Below are positions 16,248-25,472 of a DNA stretch of 44,140 nt, in pieces (position 1 is the first letter of the stretch; each line of letters starts with the position of its first letter). Position numbers and translations under genes: made by a program. A model generated the notes under the pieces. It was not told where the DNA came from. It saw only the letters and a list, made by a program, of their open reading frames with translations, and searched no databases. Origin of the DNA: an uncultured Bdellovibrionales bacterium (GTDB lineage Bacteria > Bdellovibrionota > Bdellovibrionia > Bdellovibrionales > SG-bin7); assembly GCA_964415155.1 (NCBI GenBank), contig CAYPZY010000001.1, positions 1 to 44,140 of the forward strand, in the 5' to 3' direction.

Positions 16248-17822
16248 TTAAGCTACCGTCGTCCCCATCACGTTTGGAGACACCCGGTCCACGTCTAAGA
16301 TTAATCCTAAAAACTCAAACCCTTCTTCCCCATCCACAAAAGACTGTCCTTTGTGTTCTAAGAAAAACTCATAAATCATGCCGCTTCCCTTAACTTCTTT
16401 TTTAGAAACGTTCACTTTAGGAATCCCTCCAAGAACTGACTGCCCTGGTATAAAGTCTACTCCAAGAGAGTCCCCAAGGGAAGTATCTTCCATGTTGAAA
16501 GTTAAAGTTTCTATCGTTCTCCCATCAATTTTATAAGTAATCGTAAAACTACCTTTCAACTGAGGAACAAAAACAGCCGTTAGATTTGAAAAGCAAAATT
16601 GATCCTGAACCATGCCGGAAGGAGTAATCAAACCACTTTGAAAAGTAAGATTAAAAGGAATGCCATAATCAGTCGTCTTCGTTTCATCCAACACCCCCAA
16701 CTGACCCGTTTTAGATCCAACCATAGTTCTAACACGCTTGGTAATTGGATCTAAATATCTAAACAAACAGGTATGGTTAAAGTTTCTCCACTTATACCAT
16801 TTCTTTGCCAAAATTGAATATCCCCACACCGAATCAGGGTAGAGTCTCGAAATGGATGGGAACGCGACAATGTAAGAACTAAGGGTCCTATCGTAGGCCG
16901 CATACATATATTTCGCACGATTGAAATTTACTCCATTTACCCATTCTGGCTGAATCTGAGACGAAACGAAGTCCGTCTCCACTTCCGATAATTTGTCAGT
17001 AGAGCTTAAAACATGGACCCCTAAATCGGAAGGAAACATAATCACCGAACTAATCGCGACGACCGCATTGTGACTTAGGCACCCGATTCCATCGCTGATT
17101 TTAGTAGGGGCGAATTGAAGCGTTCCATCGCTTAAGAATACAGGAGAAATTTTATATAAAGAAAATCGCTTAGTAACATAAAGTGCTCCCTGAGCACCAA
17201 AAAAAGGAGGAAAAATTGCGGTGAGGCCATCCGGGTTATCGTCATTAACATCAAGGTCAATCGACCCAGAATCACCGCCTGTAAAGTCCACTGTACCAGT
17301 ATTTGAGTGCAAAAGACGACCTGGGACGGTTGGGTCTGGGAGCCATAATTTATTTAACCAAACACGTCCAAAAGGAGCATTGGGAGCAGTCGCAGAGAGG
17401 TCTACAATATTACCACTCTGAGTCCACCGTTTAGGTGCGAAATTCCCACCACTGAAGAAAATAACCAAAAGACCTTGAAACGCTAAAAAAGAAACAACTT
17501 CGTTTTGAGGTAGCGAATAAGGACCCGTGATATCATCAAGCACACCACTAGGATTAAATGCGTAAAGACGATTACCATTGTAAGCTACTGTCCTCTGCGT
17601 GCCCAATCTAAAAAAATCAAACCCAGAGAGAATTGGGCGGCCTCCAGGAACTACTGCTTGAAACTGTTTTTTTAATCCCGGTCGTTTTTTTTTAGTCGAA
17701 TAGGTCGTGTAAATAATATTATCGGACGAAACAATATCGTCAGGTCTAATTAGGAGAGGATGCTTTGTGGAATCTTGAGACCCATCATAAGGAACCAGTT
17801 TTAATTCAGCTAAAATATCCAC
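16248..17822 (-). CDS. virion structural protein (524 aa), tail module, function unassigned
   Basis: Long ORF packed 2 nt from its neighbours in the structural operon. Beta-rich composition. Confidence 0.55.
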   Translation of the reverse strand: MDILAELKLVPYDGSQDSTKHPLLIRPDDIVSSDNIIYTTYSTKKKRPGLKKQFQAVVPGGRPILSGFDFFRLGTQRTVAYNGNRLYAFNPSGVLDDITGPYSLPQNEVVSFLAFQGLLVIFFSGGNFAPKRWTQSGNIVDLSATAPNAPFGRVWLNKLWLPDPTVPGRLLHSNTGTVDFTGGDSGSIDLDVNDDNPDGLTAIFPPFFGAQGALYVTKRFSLYKISPVFLSDGTLQFAPTKISDGIGCLSHNAVVAISSVIMFPSDLGVHVLSSTDKLSEVETDFVSSQIQPEWVNGVNFNRAKYMYAAYDRTLSSYIVAFPSISRLYPDSVWGYSILAKKWYKWRNFNHTCLFRYLDPITKRVRTMVGSKTGQLGVLDETKTTDYGIPFNLTFQSGLITPSGMVQDQFCFSNLTAVFVPQLKGSFTITYKIDGRTIETLTFNMEDTSLGDSLGVDFIPGQSVLGGIPKVNVSKKEVKGSGMIYEFFLEHKGQSFVDGEEGFEFLGLILDVDRVSPNVMGTTVA

Positions 17823-17827
17823 GATTG

Positions 17828-18859
17828 TTATCCCGTTTCATGAATGCGGGAAATCCAATGCAATTGCTTTCTCCTATCGCAGTCCCGCAATCGTCTGTAC
17901 CGATAACCATTCACTACCATTCTCGGCTTGCTTTCCGACTTTTTCTGTTCAGCTCTCATTTCTTTTAAAAGATCTCTAGCCTTACGCTGCTCACGATCTG
18001 CTGACTGTTGCTGGCCATTTCTTTGATACCACTCATAAAGCGCATCATGAACAAGTATCCACCGATTATCAATTGGCATTAAAGGGACTTGATCCGTCTC
18101 AGTAAGCGGCTCAACTTTCAAAGAATAATCAATATGAAAAATAGTTCTTTGAAGAGGCTCAATCGGATAAATTCTTAATTTTTCACCAACATCTGTAGTA
18201 TTGCCACCTAAAAAATCATAATCCAAAACCTCCACATCAAGTGGAGGAATACTCTCATAACTAATTTGCCCATCAACGGTCCAAAGAGAAGGATCTCCAA
18301 TCCACTCAGTGCTTGTGGATAAAATCCTATTAAACTCCACAACGCTAGAATAATCTAACTGCCCACCATTCGAAAAATCATAATAATTATAATTATCGAT
18401 ATAAATTTGATTTACTCCATCACAATCTGGAGGAACTGGAAATTCATAACGATAAATTTTATAACTCGCGCCTGCGGCTGTGGGACCCACATATCTTGTA
18501 TCTAAGATAATTGAATTCGCACCAATATCCACGCCAATAATCCGATACAATTCTGGACGAGTGGCCGATTTAAAAGTTCGATCTTGTAAATTTTCTGTAA
18601 CCGTTAAACCCACGAATACAACCTCACGACTATCTAAAGTAACAGTACAAGTCCCGGTTGATATAGCAGGCTCAATCACTTCCGATCGTTCAAACTTTCT
18701 CCATGTCCAATTCCTCTCAGTGGCAATTGTCATGTAAGATTCGTTGATCGCTGAAGTAAAAAAATCACGTACACTAGTTTGAACCGTTCCTTGTTGTTTG
18801 GCTCGGTTCTCACAAATATCTATAATATTTCCAAAAGTTCGTGGAATTGTAACTGCCAT
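17828..18859 (-). CDS. virion structural protein (343 aa), tail/adaptor module, function unassigned
   Basis: ORF contiguous with the tail-module genes. No enzymatic motif seen. Confidence 0.55.
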   Translation of the reverse strand: MAVTIPRTFGNIIDICENRAKQQGTVQTSVRDFFTSAINESYMTIATERNWTWRKFERSEVIEPAISTGTCTVTLDSREVVFVGLTVTENLQDRTFKSATRPELYRIIGVDIGANSIILDTRYVGPTAAGASYKIYRYEFPVPPDCDGVNQIYIDNYNYYDFSNGGQLDYSSVVEFNRILSTSTEWIGDPSLWTVDGQISYESIPPLDVEVLDYDFLGGNTTDVGEKLRIYPIEPLQRTIFHIDYSLKVEPLTETDQVPLMPIDNRWILVHDALYEWYQRNGQQQSADREQRKARDLLKEMRAEQKKSESKPRMVVNGYRYRRLRDCDRRKQLHWISRIHETG

Positions 18860-19132
18860 TTAATTTGCCCTAGATATTTTTTTATCTATTTCTTTTAACT
18901 GATCTTTAACCTCTGTTAAAATTTCCCGAATAAATTTTATTTCTTCTTTGCTCGCATACTGTTCACGAACTTCAATTCTGAAATTTTCGATTGTCTTTTT
19001 ATTGTCGTCTTTAATCGCACCCAGTGCATTAAAATAAGAAGAAAGTCCGCCAATCAAAGAAATAAAAATTGACAAAAGAATAGTAATCCAAAACTTTTTA
19101 TCTTCATTTCTCATTATCCGATCACCATCCAA
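18860..19132 (-). CDS. small membrane-anchored coiled-coil protein (90 aa)
   Basis: TM-like segment FWITILLSIFISLIGGLSSYF followed by a charged helix. The gene is AT-rich relative to its neighbours. Confidence 0.5.
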   Translation of the reverse strand: MDGDRIMRNEDKKFWITILLSIFISLIGGLSSYFNALGAIKDDNKKTIENFRIEVREQYASKEEIKFIREILTEVKDQLKEIDKKISRAN

Positions 19133-19596
19133 TCGAATGTAGAGGTGTCTAAAACGTTTATAGTTCCATCCGCGATGTTTGCCCTCACAACGAACGAAGT
19201 TCCAACGCTACGATCTGCGGAAGGAGCCGATAAACTTACTGTTAAATTTCCAGCCCCAGGACTTGCATCTTTCAAGGTCACAACGATTCTGCTATTTGCC
19301 GTAATTGCTGCGGTGATCGTTACTGTTCCAGCATTTAAAGTATCCGATCCTGACAAAATCCCAAGATTGGTTCTTGAAGTACCAGCGCTTGCTACATCTG
19401 AAAGATTGGAAGATCTTTGACAGCTTGAACCCAACACTGAAGCCGCAGCGCCAGCAGTATCAAAAGCTCCAGCCGCTTCGACGGCTGCCGTGCCTAATCC
19501 TAAACTTGTTCTCATGGCAGAGGCCGCAGAGGCATCCAAAGGATTAATATCTGCCACTCGATCCAAAGTATTATTGCCCATGTCTAAAGTAGCCAT
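19114..19596 (-). CDS. fibre-like structural protein (160 aa)
   Basis: Ala/Gly/Ser/Thr-rich, with the repeated motifs RTSLGLGTAA and RTNLGILSGS that are common at phage fibre N-termini. Confidence 0.45.
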   Translation of the reverse strand: MATLDMGNNTLDRVADINPLDASAASAMRTSLGLGTAAVEAAGAFDTAGAAASVLGSSCQRSSNLSDVASAGTSRTNLGILSGSDTLNAGTVTITAAITANSRIVVTLKDASPGAGNLTVSLSAPSADRSVGTSFVVRANIADGTINVLDTSTFDWMVIG

Positions 19597-19597
19597 A

Positions 19598-21217
19598 TTA
19601 TGTGTACCTCATCTTAATTTGAACGAATATGTCTTCAGCGGTACTTGCGGCATCCGAATCAACTTGCAGCCCAATTGCGTCACCTGCGGCTAGTCCTGCC
19701 AATGCTGAAGTGACAACCAAAGAACTACCATTGGTAATGGTTCCAGTGACTCCGGTTGCTACACCATTCACAAGCACTGTATAAGTATCCGTATGAGCCG
19801 CACCGTTTCCAATGCGGCTTGCCACTCGAAGTTCATCGATGTAAGCTGGAGAACGATCACAAATCATGAGAGGGAGAATTTGAGATTGAAGTTGATCGCC
19901 CGAAAAATAACGAGTGACTCCAGTTGGGATAGTACCTAAATGGCGAGCCGTTTGAGTGACTCTATATCTAAAATCACATCCAAAATTATTATCGGCGCTT
20001 TGTAAATATTCGTACCAAAATTGAGGAATGAATGTGGAAGAAATAAAAGCTAAGTCACCTTTCCTGACCGTGGCAGGTGTAGTGCCTGTGAGATTATAAG
20101 TTGTCACTCCGCTTGTAGCCCCCAAAAAACGACTGTTCTCAGTGATCCTTGCAATACATCCACAATCATTCATATTCCAAGTATTGTTAGGATTGTCTTG
20201 AAATATTCCACCATTTGTAATGCGAATTGGTTCGCTAAAATCATCTAAATTTATTGTCATGGAAGTAGACATATTTATATGCCCACCTGACCCAGCCGAC
20301 ACAAAAGAAGTTGCACCGTTGCCTGTCATATTCCATGTGCCACCGCCTGCAAAACCAAGTAATGAAAAATTAGAAGCTTGAAAACATGTCCCTGTTATGC
20401 CAGTAATTGTAAGCCCAGATAAAAATAAAAGAAAAGATTGATTAGCTGTAGTGAAAGCATTTACCGGGGAAGTGATTATTCCTCCCGCAGTAGAAGCTAG
20501 CCATGTTCCTCGTGACTGTTGAGATAAACTGATCGCCGTTCCACAATCAGTAAAATTGCAATTTTGAACAAAAATATTTGAACGTTGTGCTGAAATTCCT
20601 GTATTTGCCCCGGTTCCTAAAAAAGTTATTCCATTAAATAAATAACTCGAATTTACATTTGTTAAACTAAATATAGTGGAGCCACTACTCAAAACCACAT
20701 TTGCAGGCGTAGCAGCATTCCCAACTATTGAAATTTTAGAACTTCCATATGTTGAACTTAATGCAGGACCATAATAATCACGAGCTACAATTGTCTCAGG
20801 ATAAGTGCCATCTGCAAGATTGATAACAATATCCCCTGGACCTAAAAGAGGAATTTGAGCTAAAGCAAAAGCAAGGGTCTGCCAAGCATTGCCTGCACCA
20901 GCAGATAACCCAGTATTTGCATCATTCCCGTTCACCACATCCACAAATCGAGTAACCGTAGACGGTGTTGTGTCCGTTTGAAATCCTTGCACATTCGTAA
21001 CAATGCCTGTGTTTGGATCTCTAATAAAATTCACATTTGCTTGTAAAGTATCTGCGCTACCCCAGATAGGAACCGAATTGGCTGACCCTGTGCCCACCGC
21101 TCCGACTTCTGTGGCCCCAGTGAGTGCTAAAACATCTCCCACGTTCGTTCCAACGGCAACCGTGACTGCGCCACCTCCACCGCCACCTGTACCTCTTGTA
21201 GGATATTTAACTGGCAT
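19598..21217 (-). CDS. tailspike candidate with right-handed beta-helix (pectate-lyase-like) repeats
   Basis: PbH1-like repeats (ITFLGTGANTGISAQRSNIFVQNCNFTDCGTAISL, SGLTITGITGTCFQASNFSL). N-terminal GGGGGG linker. Confidence 0.55.
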   Translation of the reverse strand: MPVKYPTRGTGGGGGGAVTVAVGTNVGDVLALTGATEVGAVGTGSANSVPIWGSADTLQANVNFIRDPNTGIVTNVQGFQTDTTPSTVTRFVDVVNGNDANTGLSAGAGNAWQTLAFALAQIPLLGPGDIVINLADGTYPETIVARDYYGPALSSTYGSSKISIVGNAATPANVVLSSGSTIFSLTNVNSSYLFNGITFLGTGANTGISAQRSNIFVQNCNFTDCGTAISLSQQSRGTWLASTAGGIITSPVNAFTTANQSFLLFLSGLTITGITGTCFQASNFSLLGFAGGGTWNMTGNGATSFVSAGSGGHINMSTSMTINLDDFSEPIRITNGGIFQDNPNNTWNMNDCGCIARITENSRFLGATSGVTTYNLTGTTPATVRKGDLAFISSTFIPQFWYEYLQSADNNFGCDFRYRVTQTARHLGTIPTGVTRYFSGDQLQSQILPLMICDRSPAYIDELRVASRIGNGAAHTDTYTVLVNGVATGVTGTITNGSSLVVTSALAGLAAGDAIGLQVDSDAASTAEDIFVQIKMRYT

Positions 21218-21227
21218 GAATCACTCC

Positions 21228-21569
21228 TTAACTTGCATTATCAAAGGCAAAATATTGAACTACCGCAACATCTCCATTAGCATCTGAGTCCAAATAAATT
21301 TTAGACAAATCAAAACCTAAAACATCTCCATCGCCATCAAGAGCACCATGCCCATGAACAAAATTTACTGGAAAGTTTTTAGGGCGAGGAATCCACGTGT
21401 TGTCAACGGTCGAATCACCAACATACATGTTAGCCCCAGCATTCGAATTCAAAGGAAATACTTCAAAATCAGTCACAAATAATGGAGTTGCACTGATTGG
21501 CACTTGCGTCCCAGCAGTTACAACCGTGACTGCGATTTTTCTCATCCCTATAGTTCTTACATTTGCCAT
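21228..21569 (-). CDS. small structural protein (113 aa), function unassigned
   Basis: It is the first ORF after the terminator-like hairpin. Beta-rich. Confidence 0.5.
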   Translation of the reverse strand: MANVRTIGMRKIAVTVVTAGTQVPISATPLFVTDFEVFPLNSNAGANMYVGDSTVDNTWIPRPKNFPVNFVHGHGALDGDGDVLGFDLSKIYLDSDANGDVAVVQYFAFDNAS

Positions 21570-21586
21570 AAATTAAAACCCCTTTT

Positions 21587-21624
21587 AACAAAAAGGGCGG
21601 GTAGGTTCATCACCCAACCCGCCC
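21587..21624 (-). terminator. Rho-independent terminator/attenuator candidate after the capsid cassette
   Basis: On the minus strand, GGGCGGGU ... ACCCGCCC (21595-21602 / 21617-21624) forms an 8-bp GC stem followed by UUUUUGUU. It sits in the 81-nt gap after the 271-aa gene. Confidence 0.55.
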
Positions 21625-21650
21625 AAATATTTCCAGCAAGGAAGCTAAAA

Positions 21651-22466
21651 TTAAGTAGTAGCTCTAAATACAAAATAACTTAAAATATGATCGTTGCTAG
21701 GATCTCCTGACAAAACAACGTTAATTTGCCCAGCCGCGCATGCCGCAGAAACAATAGACCTAGGCGTACCCCCTGCGGTCTGAACCATCACAATCGCTAA
21801 ATCAGTTCCTAATATTGAAGCATCCACAATCGCTTCGTTAGCATCACCACCAACCGTAGTGAAAGAACCAGCCAACACACACATGTTTGAGGCGCTAACA
21901 CCAGAGGCTAACTTCACCTTTGTAATAGCACCGTTTCCAATAGTCATTGCTCCAGAAGCAGCCAATGTGGCATCACCACTCAAAGCAACTGAAGTCGCTA
22001 CACCGCCAGCGCTACCTACTAAAATATTTCCAGAAGATAATGTGGCTAATTTTGCAAAATCAATGGCAGCCGCCGCATTAATATCGGCATTTACAATCAC
22101 GCCAGCGGCAATAGAGGTAACTCCAGCATTTGTAATGCCTATATCTCCAGTAACCGCAACGTCTGTAGCTACGTTGAGAGCGCTACCAACAAAAATGTGG
22201 GCATCTGTAAGAGCGCCAATGGCACCAGCCACATCAACCAATGACCAAGATGGAGCGGCGGCTGATCCAATATTTTGATAAATCGCCGGGACGCCCAAAC
22301 CACTATCTGTCCGAATAATGACACAACCATGTGCAAAAACATTTGCAGTAGTAGGGGCTGCACCGACACATTTCGCAAAAACCGCCAAACCGTCTGGGTC
22401 AGTCAAAGCAATAGAAAGTGTGGCATTTACATCCGAGAAAAAATTAGTACCATTCCCTGTTGCCAT
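21651..22466 (-). CDS. Ala/Gly-rich head-fibre or decoration-like protein (271 aa)
   Basis: It lies immediately downstream of the capsid candidate. It contains an internal repeat (VAVTGDIGITNAGVTSIAAGVI..INAAAAIDFAKLA / VALSGDATLAASGAMTIGNGAITKVKLA). Confidence 0.45.
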   Translation of the reverse strand: MATGNGTNFFSDVNATLSIALTDPDGLAVFAKCVGAAPTTANVFAHGCVIIRTDSGLGVPAIYQNIGSAAAPSWSLVDVAGAIGALTDAHIFVGSALNVATDVAVTGDIGITNAGVTSIAAGVIVNADINAAAAIDFAKLATLSSGNILVGSAGGVATSVALSGDATLAASGAMTIGNGAITKVKLASGVSASNMCVLAGSFTTVGGDANEAIVDASILGTDLAIVMVQTAGGTPRSIVSAACAAGQINVVLSGDPSNDHILSYFVFRATT

Positions 22467-22481
22467 TTTTATACTCCCTTA

Positions 22482-23399
22482 TTAAGCTCCAGGATTTCCA
22501 GCAGCTCCGCGCCACTGACCATATCCTTGAGCAAAACGACAAGATGCAATTAACTCCCATGCAAAAGCTTTTTTGTCGTAATCGGAACTTGTATTGAGAC
22601 CTTCACGAGTTAAAAACATCAAGCCATGATCTTCTTTAGGAGCTAAAATAAACCAGGCTGTAGAAGATGAAAGATATTGCCAACATCCGCCAGGCACCAA
22701 GGTTGCCGTCTGATAAATGGTATTGATTGCGTTGTTCGCATTCTCAGGCTCAAAATTCGATTTTAACAATCGAGCAGCAACATCTTGAAGATCTTGAGGA
22801 ACCACCAAATACTGCATTTGATAGCGAAGTAATTGCCCATCTTCGTTAACGGTCTCTTGTAAAATATTTCGAAGTTCGATGAATGAAGTGCGAGATAAAG
22901 CAGAAGCTGCCGCCGGACGATTGATGCCGAATCCAGGTGCATTTTCTAAAGGATGTGTGGTCGAAAATAAAGACACCCCATCGTAGCCGGCAACCGTAAA
23001 TCCATCGTCCAAAACTTCAGCGGCGGACAATTCTTTAATTTCAAACATACCTTTCGAAAAAGAATCCGTGGCACGTTTGATAAAATTGAATTTGCCATCA
23101 TCCACTGTCTCTTTTGAAATTCTATAACCAGTCGCGTATGTCGGCGCGGTGTAGGTCTTTTTAAAACCCGTCTTGATAGTCTGAAAAGTAACCGGAGCAT
23201 TTTCAGGCTTAACAGAAGGATTTCTCAAACCTGAGAGTGTGGTCGTTTGATAAATATCCGTTGACATCATTTCCTCATTGAAGAGTAAAGGAATCATCGA
23301 GGGATAAGAATCTGCTTTTGCTGAAACGACCGCTTCAAGTTCTGGCAATTTTGATTCGCCAAAAAAATCTGCAAAATTACTTCTTAAATTGGTTGGCAT
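22482..23399 (-). CDS. major capsid protein candidate (305 aa, HK97-fold size class)
   Basis: Strong AAGGAGG SD. The position (portal - scaffold-like - x - x - this gene) and the size fit a major capsid protein. The call was not verified by search. Confidence 0.55.
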   Translation of the reverse strand: MPTNLRSNFADFFGESKLPELEAVVSAKADSYPSMIPLLFNEEMMSTDIYQTTTLSGLRNPSVKPENAPVTFQTIKTGFKKTYTAPTYATGYRISKETVDDGKFNFIKRATDSFSKGMFEIKELSAAEVLDDGFTVAGYDGVSLFSTTHPLENAPGFGINRPAAASALSRTSFIELRNILQETVNEDGQLLRYQMQYLVVPQDLQDVAARLLKSNFEPENANNAINTIYQTATLVPGGCWQYLSSSTAWFILAPKEDHGLMFLTREGLNTSSDYDKKAFAWELIASCRFAQGYGQWRGAAGNPGA

Positions 23400-23419
23400 T
23401 TAAAGCCTCCTTAAAAAAA

Positions 23420-23926
23420 TTAAATTCCTACAGAGCCAGCCTTGAAGTAGTGTTGGTTGAACCGACATTCAACCGCAACATTAGTTCCAAGACTATTTCC
23501 AGTGCTATCAATCACACTACGTACCCGCGTAATTTTAATAGGAAGAGTAGCTGTAGTAGCCTGAGTGCTACCGTCGATTTCCATTTGAGAACGTCCAAAA
23601 GAATCGGGAGCAGTAACCACAATATCATATGCCAAACCTAAGTCGGTTTGAGCACTCACAGTAGCATCGTCTACTTGAGCTTCCATGATAATGTCGGGAT
23701 CATCATAAACGGCAATTTCACCTGTAACGTTTGCCGCTTTATATTCAGCAGCGACTCCAATTACCGTAACGGATGATGCTTGAGCGCGATGAACACAACC
23801 ATCGTCACGCATTTCGACCAAATCATAAAGACCGATCGCATCATGCGTCGCATTCATCTGATAATAATTAGTACGCGCGTTCCCTTTAATAGGAATAAAG
23901 CCTCTTGGAAAATCTACACCGGCCAT
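23420..23926 (-). CDS. beta-rich head accessory/decoration protein candidate (168 aa)
   Basis: AAGGAG SD. It lies directly upstream of the capsid candidate. Its composition resembles small cement/decoration proteins. Confidence 0.35.
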   Translation of the reverse strand: MAGVDFPRGFIPIKGNARTNYYQMNATHDAIGLYDLVEMRDDGCVHRAQASSVTVIGVAAEYKAANVTGEIAVYDDPDIIMEAQVDDATVSAQTDLGLAYDIVVTAPDSFGRSQMEIDGSTQATTATLPIKITRVRSVIDSTGNSLGTNVAVECRFNQHYFKAGSVGI

Positions 23927-23938
23927 AGTATGTACTCC

Positions 23939-24472
23939 TTATAAACTTGACGCAGGCACTTCAGTAGAAGCTTGGCCTGCCCGCGCAGCAACCATTTCTT
24001 CCACCAAAGATTCTTCATCAATTGTTTCTACAGTTTCAGTCGCTGTAGGTGTAAAACCTTGAAGTTCAGGATTCTTTGTAATTAAATCAGTTCTCTTTAA
24101 ATGTTTACGGATAACCATCTCTTCTAATTGTCGCTCTTGATATTCGTGCTTCGGCATATAAGCCAAAACCATTTCATTGCGATGAAGTAATCCGTCAAAA
24201 TCTTTTTGGAATTTAGTAGGGCCAGAATCTTCTTGTTCAATAACAAACGGTTTAAAACCACCCGAATGCCAAAAACCACTTTGAGCCAATTCTTGATAAT
24301 TCAAGAAAACAAATTCTTTGTCTGGATGAGCTTTGAGAATTTCAGGGGGGACAACAAGAACGGATTTCCGTTGAAAACGATTCTTCAACGCACGCTCCAA
24401 AACATTTCTTGGATTAAATGCAAGAGACTTACTTTGACCAACCTTAGCAGTCGATATTGACCTTCTAGCCAT
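23939..24472 (-). CDS. hypothetical head-module protein (177 aa)
   Basis: It is the first gene after the 103-nt AT-rich gap that carries the conserved 28-nt motif. Confidence 0.5.
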   Translation of the reverse strand: MARRSISTAKVGQSKSLAFNPRNVLERALKNRFQRKSVLVVPPEILKAHPDKEFVFLNYQELAQSGFWHSGGFKPFVIEQEDSGPTKFQKDFDGLLHRNEMVLAYMPKHEYQERQLEEMVIRKHLKRTDLITKNPELQGFTPTATETVETIDEESLVEEMVAARAGQASTEVPASSL

Positions 24473-24521
24473 TACTTACCCCTTCCTTTAATTTTTAATT
24501 AAACTTGTACAAAAGTCAATC

Positions 24522-24549
24522 TAATTAAATATAATTATAATTAATTTTA
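24522..24549 (-). promoter_or_regulatory. Conserved AT-rich 28-nt motif upstream of the capsid cassette (late promoter/operator candidate)
   Basis: TAATTAAATATAATTATAATTAATTTTA matches 30252-30279 at 26/28 positions. Both copies lie 30-80 nt upstream of the first gene of a minus-strand unit. Confidence 0.4.
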
Positions 24550-24575
24550 ATATAATTTATTTAAATTAAAATTAA

Positions 24576-25250
24576 TTAAGCAATCTTAAGTTTACGATGA
24601 GCTTCGTACTTGTCTTGGTTAATACCAAAAAAAGCCGCGAATTCTTTCTCACGCTCACCCATTTTCTTTTTTCCATCCCCAGCTCCATCGCTACCTTCAA
24701 CAAAGTTATTTTTGTTAGAGATAGTGGCGCGAGCGATATTCATACGAGACGCTGCACGATTCACTGCGTTCCATGCCGCGTCAGGTTGATTACGAGCAAC
24801 CTTGGTCATCATGTTGAATTCTTTCCGCGCCTCCATTAAAAGCTTGCTATTCTCATCATAAAACCCAGGATAGTAAGTCTTAATCATATTTTCGTATTCA
24901 TTCTTTTGCTCTTTGGCTGATAAGTTTTCATCAACCTCCGCCAAAATTTCTTGCTTGCTTGGAGCCTTCTTTGTAACAGCCTTATCAATTAAATTGAGAA
25001 TGGCAGTCGATTGAGCGTCATCTAAACCCAATGCTTCAATCTCAGCCTGATATTCTCCATGAGAAGAGTTTGTTTTTTGAGGGGTTGGATTACTGTTTTG
25101 AGAACTTTTTAAGCCCTCCACAAGACCCTCAAACTTACTCTGAATATTTGACACCGCACTCTCGACCAACATTCTACTTTCGTTTACAATCTCTTGCTTG
25201 AAAGCCGTTGGGTCAAAAGTGTTTTTATTTTCCTCATTTTGTTCTGGCAT
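24576..25250 (-). CDS. scaffolding-protein candidate (224 aa)
   Basis: Acidic, helical and low-complexity. Located between the portal and capsid genes. Confidence 0.4.
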   Translation of the reverse strand: MPEQNEENKNTFDPTAFKQEIVNESRMLVESAVSNIQSKFEGLVEGLKSSQNSNPTPQKTNSSHGEYQAEIEALGLDDAQSTAILNLIDKAVTKKAPSKQEILAEVDENLSAKEQKNEYENMIKTYYPGFYDENSKLLMEARKEFNMMTKVARNQPDAAWNAVNRAASRMNIARATISNKNNFVEGSDGAGDGKKKMGEREKEFAAFFGINQDKYEAHRKLKIA

Positions 25251-25259
25251 ATTTTCTCC

Positions 25260-25472
25260 TTAATAAGATTTGTTAGTACTTTTGATAGGTGCGCCGCCAC
25301 CCATCATCTTTACTTTTTTAGTTTTCTTTTTCAGAATAGTGCTTGTGGACAACGGAGTCTTTTTTAAAGAGGACATCTCCCCAAGACTCATCCCTGCCGC
25401 ACGCTTCACCTTCCGAGGATTCATCATTGACATTGACTGCGACTGCTTTGCGATTTTTCGGATCTTAGCCAT
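25260..25472 (-). CDS. small basic protein (70 aa)
   Basis: Lys-rich ORF packed between its neighbours. Confidence 0.45.
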   Translation of the reverse strand: MAKIRKIAKQSQSMSMMNPRKVKRAAGMSLGEMSSLKKTPLSTSTILKKKTKKVKMMGGGAPIKSTNKSY

